This document shows, piece after piece, positions 19,145-28,640 of a stretch of DNA of 64,000 nucleotides. The notes beneath the pieces were generated by a model. It saw only the letters and a program-made list of their open reading frames with translations. It searched no databases and was not told the origin of the DNA. The translations under genes were made by a program, and so were the position numbers. Origin of the DNA: an uncultured delta proteobacterium (GTDB lineage Bacteria; Myxococcota_A; Polyangia; Polyangiales; B10-G4); contig CAVSGI010000002.1 in NCBI GenBank assembly GCA_963727445.1, positions 64,001 through 128,000 of the forward strand, written 5' to 3'. Every line of letters starts with the position of its first letter. Positions within the stretch are counted from its first letter, which is position 1.

Positions 19145-19894
19145 ATGTTTCAGGCCGTCCCTCAAAAAGAGTCCGCGGTGGACGCCTGCGTCGCCCAAAT
19201 CCGAGGGGCCATCCTTCGCGGTGATCTCTATCCCTCGGAGCGGCTGCCCTCCGAACGCAAGCTCGCCGAGACCTTCGGGGTGAACCGCATGACGATCCGC
19301 GCGGCGCTCACTCAGCTCGCTGCCGCGGGGCTGTTGTCGGTGCGCCAGGGGAGCGGGTACCGGGTCGAGGACTTTCGGCGGGCTGGCGGGCCGGATCTGC
19401 TGCCGGGTCTGGCCGGTCTCGCGCGCGAGAGCGGCGACCTCGCGAGCGTCGCGGCGGACCTCTTGTTGATGCGCCGGCACATGGCGCGTGCGGTCTTCGA
19501 GCGCATCGCCGGACGGCGCGGCACCCACCTGCTCCCGCGCATCCGCGAGGCGGTCGCCGACTTCAAGGCCGCGGTGGCGGAGGGCGCCCCCCTCGAGGTC
19601 ATCGCCGATCGCGATCTCGCGGTGCTCGCGGCCATCCTCGACGCGACCGGAAGTCCCGTGCTCGGTCTCTGTCTCAACCCGGTGCTCTCGGTGCTCGCCG
19701 AGCTGCCGGAGCTCCGCCACGCGATCTATGCAAGGCCCGAGACCAACGCCCTCGCCTACGACCTGCTTCTGTCGTGGCTCGACGACCCGCGACCCGACGT
19801 TCTCGCGCCGCTCTTCGCTGAGCTCGAGGCGCGCGACCGCGCGACCGTCGCGCGCATCCGCGACGAAGCGCCGAGCGAAAGGAGCCCCTCATGA
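19145..19894 (+). CDS. GntR/FadR-family transcriptional regulator
   Basis: ERLPSERKLAETFGVNRMTIRAAL..GLLSVRQGSG winged HTH plus helical FCD-like domain. Confidence 0.93.
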   Translation: MFQAVPQKESAVDACVAQIRGAILRGDLYPSERLPSERKLAETFGVNRMTIRAALTQLAAAGLLSVRQGSGYRVEDFRRAGGPDLLPGLAGLARESGDLASVAADLLLMRRHMARAVFERIAGRRGTHLLPRIREAVADFKAAVAEGAPLEVIADRDLAVLAAILDATGSPVLGLCLNPVLSVLAELPELRHAIYARPETNALAYDLLLSWLDDPRPDVLAPLFAELEARDRATVARIRDEAPSERSPS

Positions 19895-20562
19895 AGCTGG
19901 CCCATCTCCTTGTCCCCCGCGCCCGCGCCGTGGAGGAGGGCCTCGCGCGCCTGCGGGCAGCGGGCGTCGAGCCCGTGCCCAACCTGTGGCAGATCACCCT
20001 CGGCGTCTATCGCATGTGGTGGCGTCTGCTGACGCGGAGCGAGACCATCGGCACGAGCAGCGATCCCGTGCGCCCCACCCTTCGCGCACGCGTGCTGCAT
20101 TTCCGGCCCTTCCGCTTCCCCTTCCTCTTGCGCGAACAGGCCGTGAACCCGGCGGATTTCTCCGGTCTCGCCAGCCCGCCCGAGCGCATCGTGCGCCATC
20201 TCCTCGGCGCGCATCACGATCAGAATCAGTTCGTCTACGACCTGCAGCTGCTGTCGTGCTTTCCGGGCGTGCTCGAGGATCTGCAGGCGCGCACCGAACG
20301 CGTCCTCAGCGGTGAAGACCCCCGCGGTGAGTGGCTGCGCGACCTGGTGGTGCACGAGGGCTATCACGAACGGCTCGCCGACACCGTGGCGCGCTTCCTC
20401 GAAGGCGAAGACGGGCTGTCGCCCGCCGAAGCCGAAGATCCGGACATCTCCTTCTCCGCCTATCTGCGTTGGTGCAAAGAACAGCCCGAGACGCCGCTTC
20501 AGACCTGGAGCGCGATCCGCGAAGGCCGCATCTCCTTCTCCGCACACGAGGCCTCCGCATGA
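19891..20562 (+). CDS. Hypothetical protein
   Basis: 223-aa ORF, ATGA overlap with GntR, protein-like composition. Confidence 0.7.
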   Translation: MKLAHLLVPRARAVEEGLARLRAAGVEPVPNLWQITLGVYRMWWRLLTRSETIGTSSDPVRPTLRARVLHFRPFRFPFLLREQAVNPADFSGLASPPERIVRHLLGAHHDQNQFVYDLQLLSCFPGVLEDLQARTERVLSGEDPRGEWLRDLVVHEGYHERLADTVARFLEGEDGLSPAEAEDPDISFSAYLRWCKEQPETPLQTWSAIREGRISFSAHEASA

Positions 20563-21101
20563 CGACGATCGACGCACTCATGCAGATGGACGGGACCGAC
20601 TTGATGCGCGCCCTCGAGTCCGGCCACCCCATCGACCCCAGCGCCCTCGACGACATGGAGTATCGCGGCGTGAGCCTGGGCCTGCCGTCGTTCGTCGAGC
20701 GGCTCAGCTGGAAGACCTTCAAGAAGGTGTTCCATCGCGACCCCCAGACCAGCGCGCTTCGCGGCTGGAACGTCCGCATCGAGCAGACCGGAGACGTCCA
20801 CGGCGACTACGTGCCCATGGAGCGTCGGGGTGTGCCGCACACCTTCGGCCACTTCGAGGTCGTCGACGCCCGCGGCCACCAGATGCCCTGCGCCATCGAC
20901 GGCCTCTTGATCCATTACGGCCTCGGGCGAAACGGCGCGCTCAATCCGATCCGCCGGCTCCGCGACCCGCTGGTCGCCCTCGAGCCCGGCAGCGCCGATC
21001 TGCTCCTCGGCTGGAGCTACGTCGACCTCGGCATGAAGCGCGTGGGGACGCCGAGCTTCTTCGTGCTCAGCCGCGACCGCACCCTCACACACGTCGCCTG
21101 A
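20559..21101 (+). CDS. Hypothetical protein
   Basis: ATG 20559 overlapping the upstream stop (ATGA); MTTIDALMQMDG...; C-terminal part of ORF 20331..21101. Confidence 0.7.
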   Translation: MTTIDALMQMDGTDLMRALESGHPIDPSALDDMEYRGVSLGLPSFVERLSWKTFKKVFHRDPQTSALRGWNVRIEQTGDVHGDYVPMERRGVPHTFGHFEVVDARGHQMPCAIDGLLIHYGLGRNGALNPIRRLRDPLVALEPGSADLLLGWSYVDLGMKRVGTPSFFVLSRDRTLTHVA

Positions 21102-21183
21102 AGGTGGCGGGACCGGGGGAATTGTCCTCCAACCCCTTCGGACGATGGCCCTATCCGCCCATCTGGGCTAAGAGCGGGGCGAC

Positions 21184-22246
21184 ATGGCCGCGCTCACGCT
21201 CGAGGGGATCCGGAAGAAGCTGGGAGAAAACCAGATTCTTGAAGGGCATCGACCTCGCGGTTGCCGACGGTCAACTGGTCGTGCTCGTGGGTCCCAGCGG
21301 CTGCGGCAAGAGCACGCTGCTGCGCACCATCGCTGGCCTCGAGCTCCCCGACGATGGGCAGGTGCGGATCGGCGAGCGCGACGTCACCCGCCTCGCGCCG
21401 CGGGAGCGCGACATCGCCATGGTGTTCCAGAGCTACGCGCTCTACCCACACCTCACGGTGCGCGACAACCTCGCCTTCGGGTTGAAGCTCCGCGGCGAAA
21501 AGCCGGAGGTGATCTCCGCGCGCATCAAAGAGGTCAGCGCGATGCTCGGCCTGGGGGAGCTTCTGCAGCGCCTGCCGCGCGAGCTCAGCGGCGGACAGCG
21601 CCAGCGCGTGGCGATGGGGCGCGCCGTCGCCCGCCGCGCCGACCTCTATCTCCTCGACGAGCCGCTGTCGAACCTGGACGCGGCGCTGCGGGCGGAGGTG
21701 CGCGTCGAGATCAAGAAGCTCCACGCGGAGCTCGGCGCGACCATGGTCTACGTGACCCACGATCAGGTGGAGGCGATGACCCTCGCCGACGTGCTGGTCG
21801 TGCTGAATGCGGGGCAGGTGGAGCAATCCGGGCCGCCGCTCGAAGTCTACGAGCAGCCGGCGTCGCGCTTCGTCGCTTCCTTCATGGGCAGCCCGTCGAT
21901 GAACTTTTTGGGCGCGCGAATCGAGGCAGGCAAAGTGACGGCCGAGGGCGTCGAGCTGGCCCTCGAGCGCGAGACCGACGACGGCGAGGTGCTCCTGGGG
22001 GTGCGCCCGCACGACGTGATCCACGCGGGCGACGCGGAGTCGGCGGCGCTGCACTTCGACGTCGAAGTGGTGGAGGCGATGGGCTTCGAAGCCTACGCCC
22101 ACGGCAAGGTCGGGCCGGCGCCCTTCATCGCGCGGATCGAAGGAGACGTCGCCCGGAAGACCTCGCCCGGCGATCGCCTCCCGCTCTCGGTCGCCCCCGA
22201 CCGAGTCCATCTCTTCGACCCGAAGAGCGAACGCGCAATCCGATGA
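21184..22246 (+). CDS. malK: Sugar ABC transporter ATP-binding subunit (MalK/UgpC); 1-nt insertion near 21240
   Basis: GPSGCGKST, MVFQSYALYPHL, LSGGQRQRVAMGRA, LLDEPLSNLDA, YVTHDQVEAM. The N-terminus MAALTLEGIRKK is in the adjacent frame. Confidence 0.92.
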
Positions 22247-24423
22247 GGCGCGCGCTCCACGCACTGCTCGTCGGCTGGTCTCTGCTCGCCTTCGCGGGCG
22301 GCGCTTCTGCGCAAGAACACCTCGTCCTGTGGCACGCGTACGGCGAGGCGGAGAGCCGCGGCCTCGACGCAGCGATCGAGGACTTCGTGGCCGAGAGCGG
22401 GATCGACGTCGAGGTCGTGGTGAACGCCTTCGGGGCCTACGAGTCCAAGCTCGAAAACGCGATCCCCACCGGACACGGCCCGGACCTCTTCATCGATGCC
22501 CACGAGCGATTGCGCGATTACGCGGAGGGGGGCCTGGTTCGGCCGATGGGAGAGCCCGGGCTGGTCGCCCGCCTCGACCTCGACCCGCGCCACGTCGGCG
22601 CGCTCTCCCTCGACGGTGACCTCTACGGGTTGCCTCTCGCGCTCAAGTGCGCCGCGCTCTACGCCAACACCCGCCTGGTGGATGTCGTCCCGACGGACAT
22701 GGTCGACATCGCCGCCATGCGGACCACGCTTCCCGAAGGCGTCTTCCCCCTCGCGGTCGAAGCCGACAACCCCTACTACGCCGCCGCCTTCCTCCACGCC
22801 TACGGTGGTCGACTCCTCGACGACGAAGGGAACTACGCCTTCGAGGGGGACGCGGCCATCCAGACCCTCGATGTCCTTTCGGAGCTGACCCACCAGGGCG
22901 TCATCCCCGAGGAGCCCAACGGCGATCTCGTCCGCCAGCTCTTCACCTCGGGCCGCGCGGCTTTCGCCATCGACGGGCCGTGGCTCGCGCCCGGTCTCGA
23001 CGAAGCCGACGTGGAGTACACGGTGACGCCCCTGCCCTACCTCGGCGATCCGGGCCGCCCGATGGTGCCCTTCGTGACGGTGGAAGGGATCTTCCTCTCC
23101 GCCGAGAGCCGCGTGCCCCAGCTCGCCGCTCGACTCGCCCGCTACTTGGCGAGCAAGGAAGGATCACTGCCGCGAGCGACCCTCGGCGGACAGATCGTGG
23201 CGTCGCGGACCGCCTGGCAGGACCCGGCGCTCGAGTCCGACGAGACCCTCCTCGCCTTCCGCACCGCAGCGGCGCACGGCATGGTCATGCCCACCCATCC
23301 TGACCAGCAGCTGGTGTGGGAGCCCGCGCGCCGCGCCATTCGCAAGGTGATCCGCGGCGACATGAGCCCAGAGGAGGCGCTCGAAGAGGCGCGGCATCGC
23401 TTCGAAGACGTGACGCGGCCGCAGCCCGAAGCGCGCGATCCCACCTTCGTCCTGGCGGGCATCGGCTTCGCCCTCTTCCTTCTTTGCATCTACGCCATAC
23501 GGCGCGCTCGGGATGACGCCTTCCGCGCCTCGATCCGCAGCTCCATACCCGCCTATCGATGGGTCGCCCACGCGGCCATCGCCGTCGGGCTCCTGGTCAT
23601 CGCACCGCTCGCCGTCGGCGCCATCGCCTCGTTCTTCGCCGGGCGCGGAACCGACATGCACTACGTCGGCCTGGCGAACTACGTCGACATCCTCACCGCG
23701 CGCGGGGGCGACCTCCTGGGACACGGCTCCTTCTGGCTGGTGCTCCTCGTCACGGTCCTTTGGACCGGGCTGAACATCGGCCTGCACGTCGCCATCGGCG
23801 TCGCCCTGGCGCTGCTGCTCAACCGCCCGACGCTCAAGCTGCGCGCGCCTTACCGCGTCCTTCTGATCCTCCCCTGGGCGGTCCCCAACTACGTGACGGC
23901 CCTGTCCTGGAAGGGGATGTTCCACCGCCAGTTCGGCGCCATCAACGCCATCCTCGAAGCGCTCGGCGCCGAGCCCGTGAGCTTCTTCGGCAGCTTCGCC
24001 ACCGCCTTCGGCGCCAACGTCGCGACGAACGTCTGGCTGGGCTTTCCATTCATGATGGTGGTCACCCTCGGCGCCCTCGCCGCCATCCCCAAGGACCTCT
24101 ACGAGGCGGCCGAGGTCGACGGCGCCAGCCGCTGGCAGCGCTTCAAGCTGATCACGCTGCCGATGCTCACACCCATGCTCGCTCCCGCGGTGGCGATGGG
24201 TGCGGTGTGGACCTTCAACATGTTCAACGTCGTCTTCCTGGTGAGCGGCGGCGAGCCCGACGGCTCCACCGAGATCCTGGTCTCGGAGGCGTACCGCTGG
24301 GCCTTCACCCGCGGTCGCCTCTACGGCTACGCCGCCGCCTACGCGGTGCTGATCTTCGGCGTGCTCTTCCTCGGCACCCGAACCATCTCGTCACGCCTCG
24401 ACGGCGCGGGGAGCACGCGATGA
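22243..24423 (+). CDS. Fused sugar-binding protein plus permease (MalE-MalF-like)
   Basis: Signal peptide and SBP motifs (LVLWHAY, GPDLFI, IDGPW) in one frame with permease motifs (LLILPWAVP, NVWLGFPFMM, LYEAAEVDGA). Confidence 0.9.
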   Translation: MRRALHALLVGWSLLAFAGGASAQEHLVLWHAYGEAESRGLDAAIEDFVAESGIDVEVVVNAFGAYESKLENAIPTGHGPDLFIDAHERLRDYAEGGLVRPMGEPGLVARLDLDPRHVGALSLDGDLYGLPLALKCAALYANTRLVDVVPTDMVDIAAMRTTLPEGVFPLAVEADNPYYAAAFLHAYGGRLLDDEGNYAFEGDAAIQTLDVLSELTHQGVIPEEPNGDLVRQLFTSGRAAFAIDGPWLAPGLDEADVEYTVTPLPYLGDPGRPMVPFVTVEGIFLSAESRVPQLAARLARYLASKEGSLPRATLGGQIVASRTAWQDPALESDETLLAFRTAAAHGMVMPTHPDQQLVWEPARRAIRKVIRGDMSPEEALEEARHRFEDVTRPQPEARDPTFVLAGIGFALFLLCIYAIRRARDDAFRASIRSSIPAYRWVAHAAIAVGLLVIAPLAVGAIASFFAGRGTDMHYVGLANYVDILTARGGDLLGHGSFWLVLLVTVLWTGLNIGLHVAIGVALALLLNRPTLKLRAPYRVLLILPWAVPNYVTALSWKGMFHRQFGAINAILEALGAEPVSFFGSFATAFGANVATNVWLGFPFMMVVTLGALAAIPKDLYEAAEVDGASRWQRFKLITLPMLTPMLAPAVAMGAVWTFNMFNVVFLVSGGEPDGSTEILVSEAYRWAFTRGRLYGYAAAYAVLIFGVLFLGTRTISSRLDGAGSTR

Positions 24424-25271
24424 CCGAGCGGCGCCCTTCTCTGCTCGTGGAGGTGCTGACCCACGCGGCGCTGCTGGCCGCGGTGGTCTTCGCCATCTAT
24501 CCCGTGCTCTGGGTCATCTCCCTCGCGCTCACCGCCGGCGACGCCCCCGAGCCTTCGGTCATCCCCTTCCCGAGCCACCCCAGCCTCGACAACTTCCGCG
24601 AGGTGGTGACGCGCGGCGACGAGGACACCTGGTTCTTCGGCCGCCAGCTCGCGAACTCCCTCTTCGTCTCCCTGGTGACGGCCCTCACCGCCATCGCCAT
24701 CGCCACCCCCGCGGCCTACGGTCTGAGCCGCTTCTCCTTCGTCGGAAAGCAAGCGGGCACGCGCGCGCTCCTCGCCACCCAGATGTTCCCCGGCGTCGCC
24801 GCCGCCATCCCCCTCTACCTGATGCTCGACGCCCTCGGGCTCATCGACACGCTCACCGGCCTGATCCTGGTCTACGCCACCAGCGCCGTGCCCTTCGCCA
24901 TCTTCCAGCTGCGCGGCGCCTTCGACGGCATCCCCAAGGACCTCGAGGAAGCCGCGATGGTGGACGGCGCCACCCGCTTCGGCGCCTTCGTCCGCGTCGT
25001 CCTCCCGGCGGCGCGGCCGGCCCTCGCCATCACCATGCTCTTCGCCTTCATGACCGCGTGGAACGAGTTCATCCTCGCCGCCACCTTCATGACGCGCGAG
25101 GAGACCTACACGCTCCCCGTCGTGCTCCAACGTTACGTGGGCGAATACGAAGCGCGCTGGGGGCTCTTCGCCGCTGGCGCGATCATCGTCTCGATCCCGG
25201 TGATGGCGCTCTTCTACGTCCTTCAGCGCCACCTGGTCGGCGGGCTGACCGCGGGGGGCGTGAAGGGCTGA
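24420..25271 (+). CDS. malG: Sugar ABC transporter permease (MalG-like)
   Basis: ATG 24420; TQMFP, IPKDLEEAAMVDGA, AWNEFILA, GLTAGGVKG. Confidence 0.92.
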   Translation: MTERRPSLLVEVLTHAALLAAVVFAIYPVLWVISLALTAGDAPEPSVIPFPSHPSLDNFREVVTRGDEDTWFFGRQLANSLFVSLVTALTAIAIATPAAYGLSRFSFVGKQAGTRALLATQMFPGVAAAIPLYLMLDALGLIDTLTGLILVYATSAVPFAIFQLRGAFDGIPKDLEEAAMVDGATRFGAFVRVVLPAARPALAITMLFAFMTAWNEFILAATFMTREETYTLPVVLQRYVGEYEARWGLFAAGAIIVSIPVMALFYVLQRHLVGGLTAGGVKG

Positions 25272-25272
25272 C

Positions 25273-25996
25273 TCAGCCCTTGCTCGACCCCTTCTTCGAT
25301 CCGAAGGCGATCGCTTCGAGGCGGTCCACGTCCACAACTTCGATGAGGTCGGGGCTCACTTTCAGCGCGCCCTCGCGCTCGAGATAGGCCAGGCCGCGCG
25401 AGATCTCCTCGCGGACGGTGCCGAGCCTTCCGGCCACCGTCTCGGTCGTGAGGTCGCGCACCAGGTTGCGGGCGTCCTCGCCGCGCGCCGTGCGCCGCGC
25501 CACCAGCGTGCTGATGAACGAGGCCAGACGGGCGGGGACGGTACGGAGGCTGAGGTCGCTCACCAGCGCCAGGTTTCGGTCGGCGCGGCGCGCGCGCAGG
25601 TCCAGGAGCGACTTGAGCACCACCGGGCGCTTGTCGCCGAGCGAGCCCAGCACCTCGTTCGAAACGAGGATGGCGCTGGCGCTGCGCATGGCGATGGCGC
25701 TGGCGGGGTAGCCGCGGCCATCGAATCGAACCCCCTCGACGATGGGGCGACCGGGTCGCGCCAGGTAGAGGATTCTGTTCCCGGCCGTCCTTGCCGCTCT
25801 TGGTGAGCTTCACTTCACCGGTACGAACGATGAAAAGGCCCTCGGCCGGCTGGCCTTCGCTGAAAAGGGGTGAGCCGCGCGCAGCCTTCCGGACCTCCGA
25901 GGCGTCCGCGAGCTGTTTCAGATCGGCCGCCGGGAGTTCATTGATCACCGAGACGTCTTTGAGTAGCTCCTCGGCCGAGCGTGGCGTGATGGCCAT
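25273..25996 (-). CDS. Crp/Fnr-family regulator; 1-nt insertion near 25774
   Basis: cNMP domain LFSEGQPAEGLFIVRTGEVKL..DGREQ/ILY (frame 25223..27568) joined to HTH VPARLA..LTTETVAGRLGTVREEISRGL (25273..25689). Confidence 0.88.
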
Positions 25997-26062
25997 CGCT
26001 CGGCAGACTACCACGATCGGGATGGAGATCGACGGCCGAGCTGGGGCATACTCCATCCACCG

Positions 26063-27661
26063 ATGGGGAGCGATGGAGACAACGACTCCGGCCCCCGCGC
26101 CTTCGTTGCAGTAAAGCTGGGGGAGCGGAGCTGGGTGGTGGACCTGCCCAGGGGCAAACACTCCGTGGGCAGCTCCGAAGACGCCGACATGACGCTCCCC
26201 GCGGGCGACGTCGCCGGACGGCATTTCGAGCTCCAGTGGGACGGTCAGATCCTGATGCTGCGGCCGGACAAGTCGCGCCATCCCCTCTTTCTGAACGGCA
26301 AGCGCTTCGAGGACGCCTCGGAGCTGAAGCCCGGCGACGAGATCGCGGTCGGCAGCGCGCAGCTCGTGGTGGGCGTGGCTGTCCCCCCGTCGGCGGGCGG
26401 GCGGCGTGCGCTCACCCATCACGAGTTTCGCGAGCGCCTCTACGAAGAAGTTGCGCGGGCGTCCCGCGGCGGACGGCCCACCACGCTGGTGATGCTCGGC
26501 ACGCCGCCCGGCGAAGGCAAGCGCGTCGCCACCCACGCGCTCAAGCGATTCCGTGCGGGCGACGTCCTCGGGACGTACGCGCACGACGAGCTCGAGATCC
26601 TCCTGCCCGACACGCCCGCCGACACCGCGCAGATGGTGATCGAACGGCTGCTGGGCGAGGTGGGCTCTCTGGGATCGCGCGCCGGTCTGGCGGTCGCTCC
26701 CGAGCATGGGGAGCATCCCGAGCGACTGCTCCGCGCCGCCCGGCGCGCGCTGGCGGCAGCGCAGGCGGGCGAAGCGACGAGCGCGATGCCTCCGCCCCGC
26801 GTGCACAAAGAAGCCGAGCCCGAGGCCCGGGATGGCGCGAGCCAGGCGGTGATCGAGGACCTCGCGAAGATCGCGGATGACGCTGGCTCGGTGCTCCTCA
26901 CCGGCGAGGTCTCGAGCGGCAAAGCGCTCTTCGCGCGTCAGATGCACGACCTCAGCGGCCGCAAGGACGGGCCCTTCGTCGTGATCGCCTGCGCCTCCCT
27001 CCAGGACGACGAGCAGAGCGACGCCTTCGCCCATGCGGTGAAGGAGGCTTCGGGTGGAACCCTTCTCCTCGACGAGGTGGGCGACCTCTCCGAAACGACC
27101 CAGACACAGCTCACGCGGCTGCTCGCGGAAGCTCAGGACGTCCGCATCGTGGCCACCACCCATCGTGCCCTCGCGGGGCTCGTCGAGCGCGAGGCCTTCG
27201 ACCACAGCCTCTACGCGCGCCTCACGGATCACGTCGTCGAGTTGCCGCCGCTGCGCAACCGACCCGAGGACATCATCCCCCTCGCCGAGCACTTCGCCCT
27301 CGAGAGCGGAGCCAAGGCGCCAGTGCGCATGGCCCCCGGCGCCCTCGCTCGCCTCCGCAGCCACCCCTGGCCCGGCAACGTCCTCGAGCTGCGCAACGCG
27401 ATGGAGCGCGCCGTCCACCTCGCGGGGGACGGCGAGATCCTCGCCGAGCACCTCCCCAGTGACGCTCTGCCCGCCGCAGGCGAAGGACGCCTCAGAGAGC
27501 ACGTGGACTCGGTCGAGCGGGACGCCATCGTCAAAGCGCTCGCCGACGCCAACCACAACCAGACCCACGCCGCCAAACGCCTCGGCATCAGCCGCCGCGC
27601 CCTCATCTACAAGATGGAGAAGTACGGGCTGAAGGCGCCACCGGGGCAGGCGAGAAGGTAG
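26063..27661 (+). CDS. FHA + GGDEF-like + sigma54-activator-like AAA+ + Fis HTH regulator, lacking GAFTGA
   Basis: Degenerate FHA (VGS..VAGRH..LFLNG); TGEVSSGK; GGTLLLDEVG; LPPLRNR; WPGNVLELRN; HTH AAKRLGISRRALIYKM. Confidence 0.9.
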   Translation: MGSDGDNDSGPRAFVAVKLGERSWVVDLPRGKHSVGSSEDADMTLPAGDVAGRHFELQWDGQILMLRPDKSRHPLFLNGKRFEDASELKPGDEIAVGSAQLVVGVAVPPSAGGRRALTHHEFRERLYEEVARASRGGRPTTLVMLGTPPGEGKRVATHALKRFRAGDVLGTYAHDELEILLPDTPADTAQMVIERLLGEVGSLGSRAGLAVAPEHGEHPERLLRAARRALAAAQAGEATSAMPPPRVHKEAEPEARDGASQAVIEDLAKIADDAGSVLLTGEVSSGKALFARQMHDLSGRKDGPFVVIACASLQDDEQSDAFAHAVKEASGGTLLLDEVGDLSETTQTQLTRLLAEAQDVRIVATTHRALAGLVEREAFDHSLYARLTDHVVELPPLRNRPEDIIPLAEHFALESGAKAPVRMAPGALARLRSHPWPGNVLELRNAMERAVHLAGDGEILAEHLPSDALPAAGEGRLREHVDSVERDAIVKALADANHNQTHAAKRLGISRRALIYKMEKYGLKAPPGQARR

Positions 27662-27663
27662 GC

Positions 27664-28412
27664 AGGGGCCGCTCCAACGGAGCGGCCCCCCACGAAAAGG
27701 CTCGGCATCGCGAAGCGTAGGGCCCGCAAAAGGCCGCGCAGCGGCCTGACGCGGGACCGCAGCGTAGCGAGGCCGAGCCGGGATTGCGCCCCCCCCACGA
27801 AAAGGCTCGGCATCGCGAAGCGTAGGGCCCGCAAAAGGCCGCGCAGCGGCCTGACGCGGGACCGCAGCGTAGCGAGGCCGAGCCGGGATTGCGCCCCCCC
27901 CACGAAAAGGCTCGGCATCGCGAAGCGTAGGGCCCGCAAAAGGCCGCGCAGCGGCCTGACGCGGGACCGCAGCGTAGCGAGGCCGAGCCGGGATTGCGCC
28001 CCCCCCACGAAAAGGCTCGGCATCGCGAAGCGTAGGGCCCGCAAAAGGCCGCGCAGCGGCCTGACGCGGGACCGCAGCGTAGCGAGGCCGAGCCGGGATT
28101 GCGCCCCCCCACGAAAAGGCTCGGCATCGCGAAGCGTAGGGCCCGCAAAAGGCCGCGCAGCGGCCTGACGCGGGACCGCAGCGTAGCGAGGCCGAGCCGG
28201 GATTGCGCCCCCCCCACGAAAAGGCTCGGCATCGCGAAGCGTAGGGCCCGCAAAAGGCCGCGCAGCGGCCTGACGCGGGACCGCAGCGTAGCGAGGCCGA
28301 GCCGGGATTGCGCCCCCCCCACGAAAAGGCTCGGCATCGCGAAGCGTAGGGCCCGCAAGAGGCCGCGCAGCGGTTGAGCCTTCTCGTGGGGCCGCTCCGT
28401 TGGAGCGGCCCT
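27664..28412. repeat. Tandem array of 105-bp palindromic (REP/BIME-like) units with ~38-bp terminal inverted repeats
   Basis: Units start at 27691, 27796, 27901, 28006, 28110, 28215 and 28320 (partial). Ends 27664-27703 and 28376-28412 are near reverse complements. Confidence 0.92.
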
Positions 28413-28452
28413 TAAAAGCCGCGACCCGCAGCGAAAACTCGCTACGGGTCGC
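28413..28452 (-). terminator. Putative intrinsic terminator of candidate sRNA
   Basis: GCGACCCGUAGCGA-GUUU-UCGCUGCGGGUCGC then GGCUUUUAA (short U tract). Confidence 0.5.
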
Positions 28453-28517
28453 TCGAACTCGCGAGAGAAGACAGAGGGCGAAGGGGGGGGTACGCCAAGC
28501 TCCGTCTCTCTCGCGCT
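28413..28517 (-). ncRNA. Candidate sigma54-dependent small RNA (~105 nt), two stem-loops, C8 loop
   Basis: Predicted TSS ~28517 from the -24/-12 box. Stem-loop 28515-28460 has loop UACCCCCCCCUU; stem-loop 28452-28421 is followed by GGCUUUU. Both stems contain G-U wobbles only on the minus strand. Confidence 0.6.
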
Positions 28518-28526
28518 TCGATGCCT

Positions 28527-28543
28527 AAGCGAGGTTCGTGCCA
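28527..28543 (-). promoter_or_regulatory. sigma54 (-24/-12) promoter
   Basis: Minus strand TGGCACGAACCTCGCTT: GG-N10-GC with a perfect TGGCACG -24 element. Confidence 0.7.
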
Positions 28544-28640
28544 ATCAATTAGCGCTGCAATTTCCGTTGGGGCCGGCCGCGGATCCCCCACATCTGAAAG
28601 AGGCTGCCTTTCCTTACGTGAGGATCGTAGACAGGTGTCA

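Noticed and set aside
27691..28373. CRISPR array
   Set aside because: Units are contiguous and near-identical, with no unique spacers; 105 bp is too long for a CRISPR repeat; no cas genes in the window.
27603..28544. Repeat-protein ORFs across the 105-bp array (313, 145, 92 aa)
   Set aside because: Several frames on both strands are open because the DNA is GC-rich and palindromic. There is no synonymous variation among the full units, and the 28544 'start' is the sigma54 box itself.
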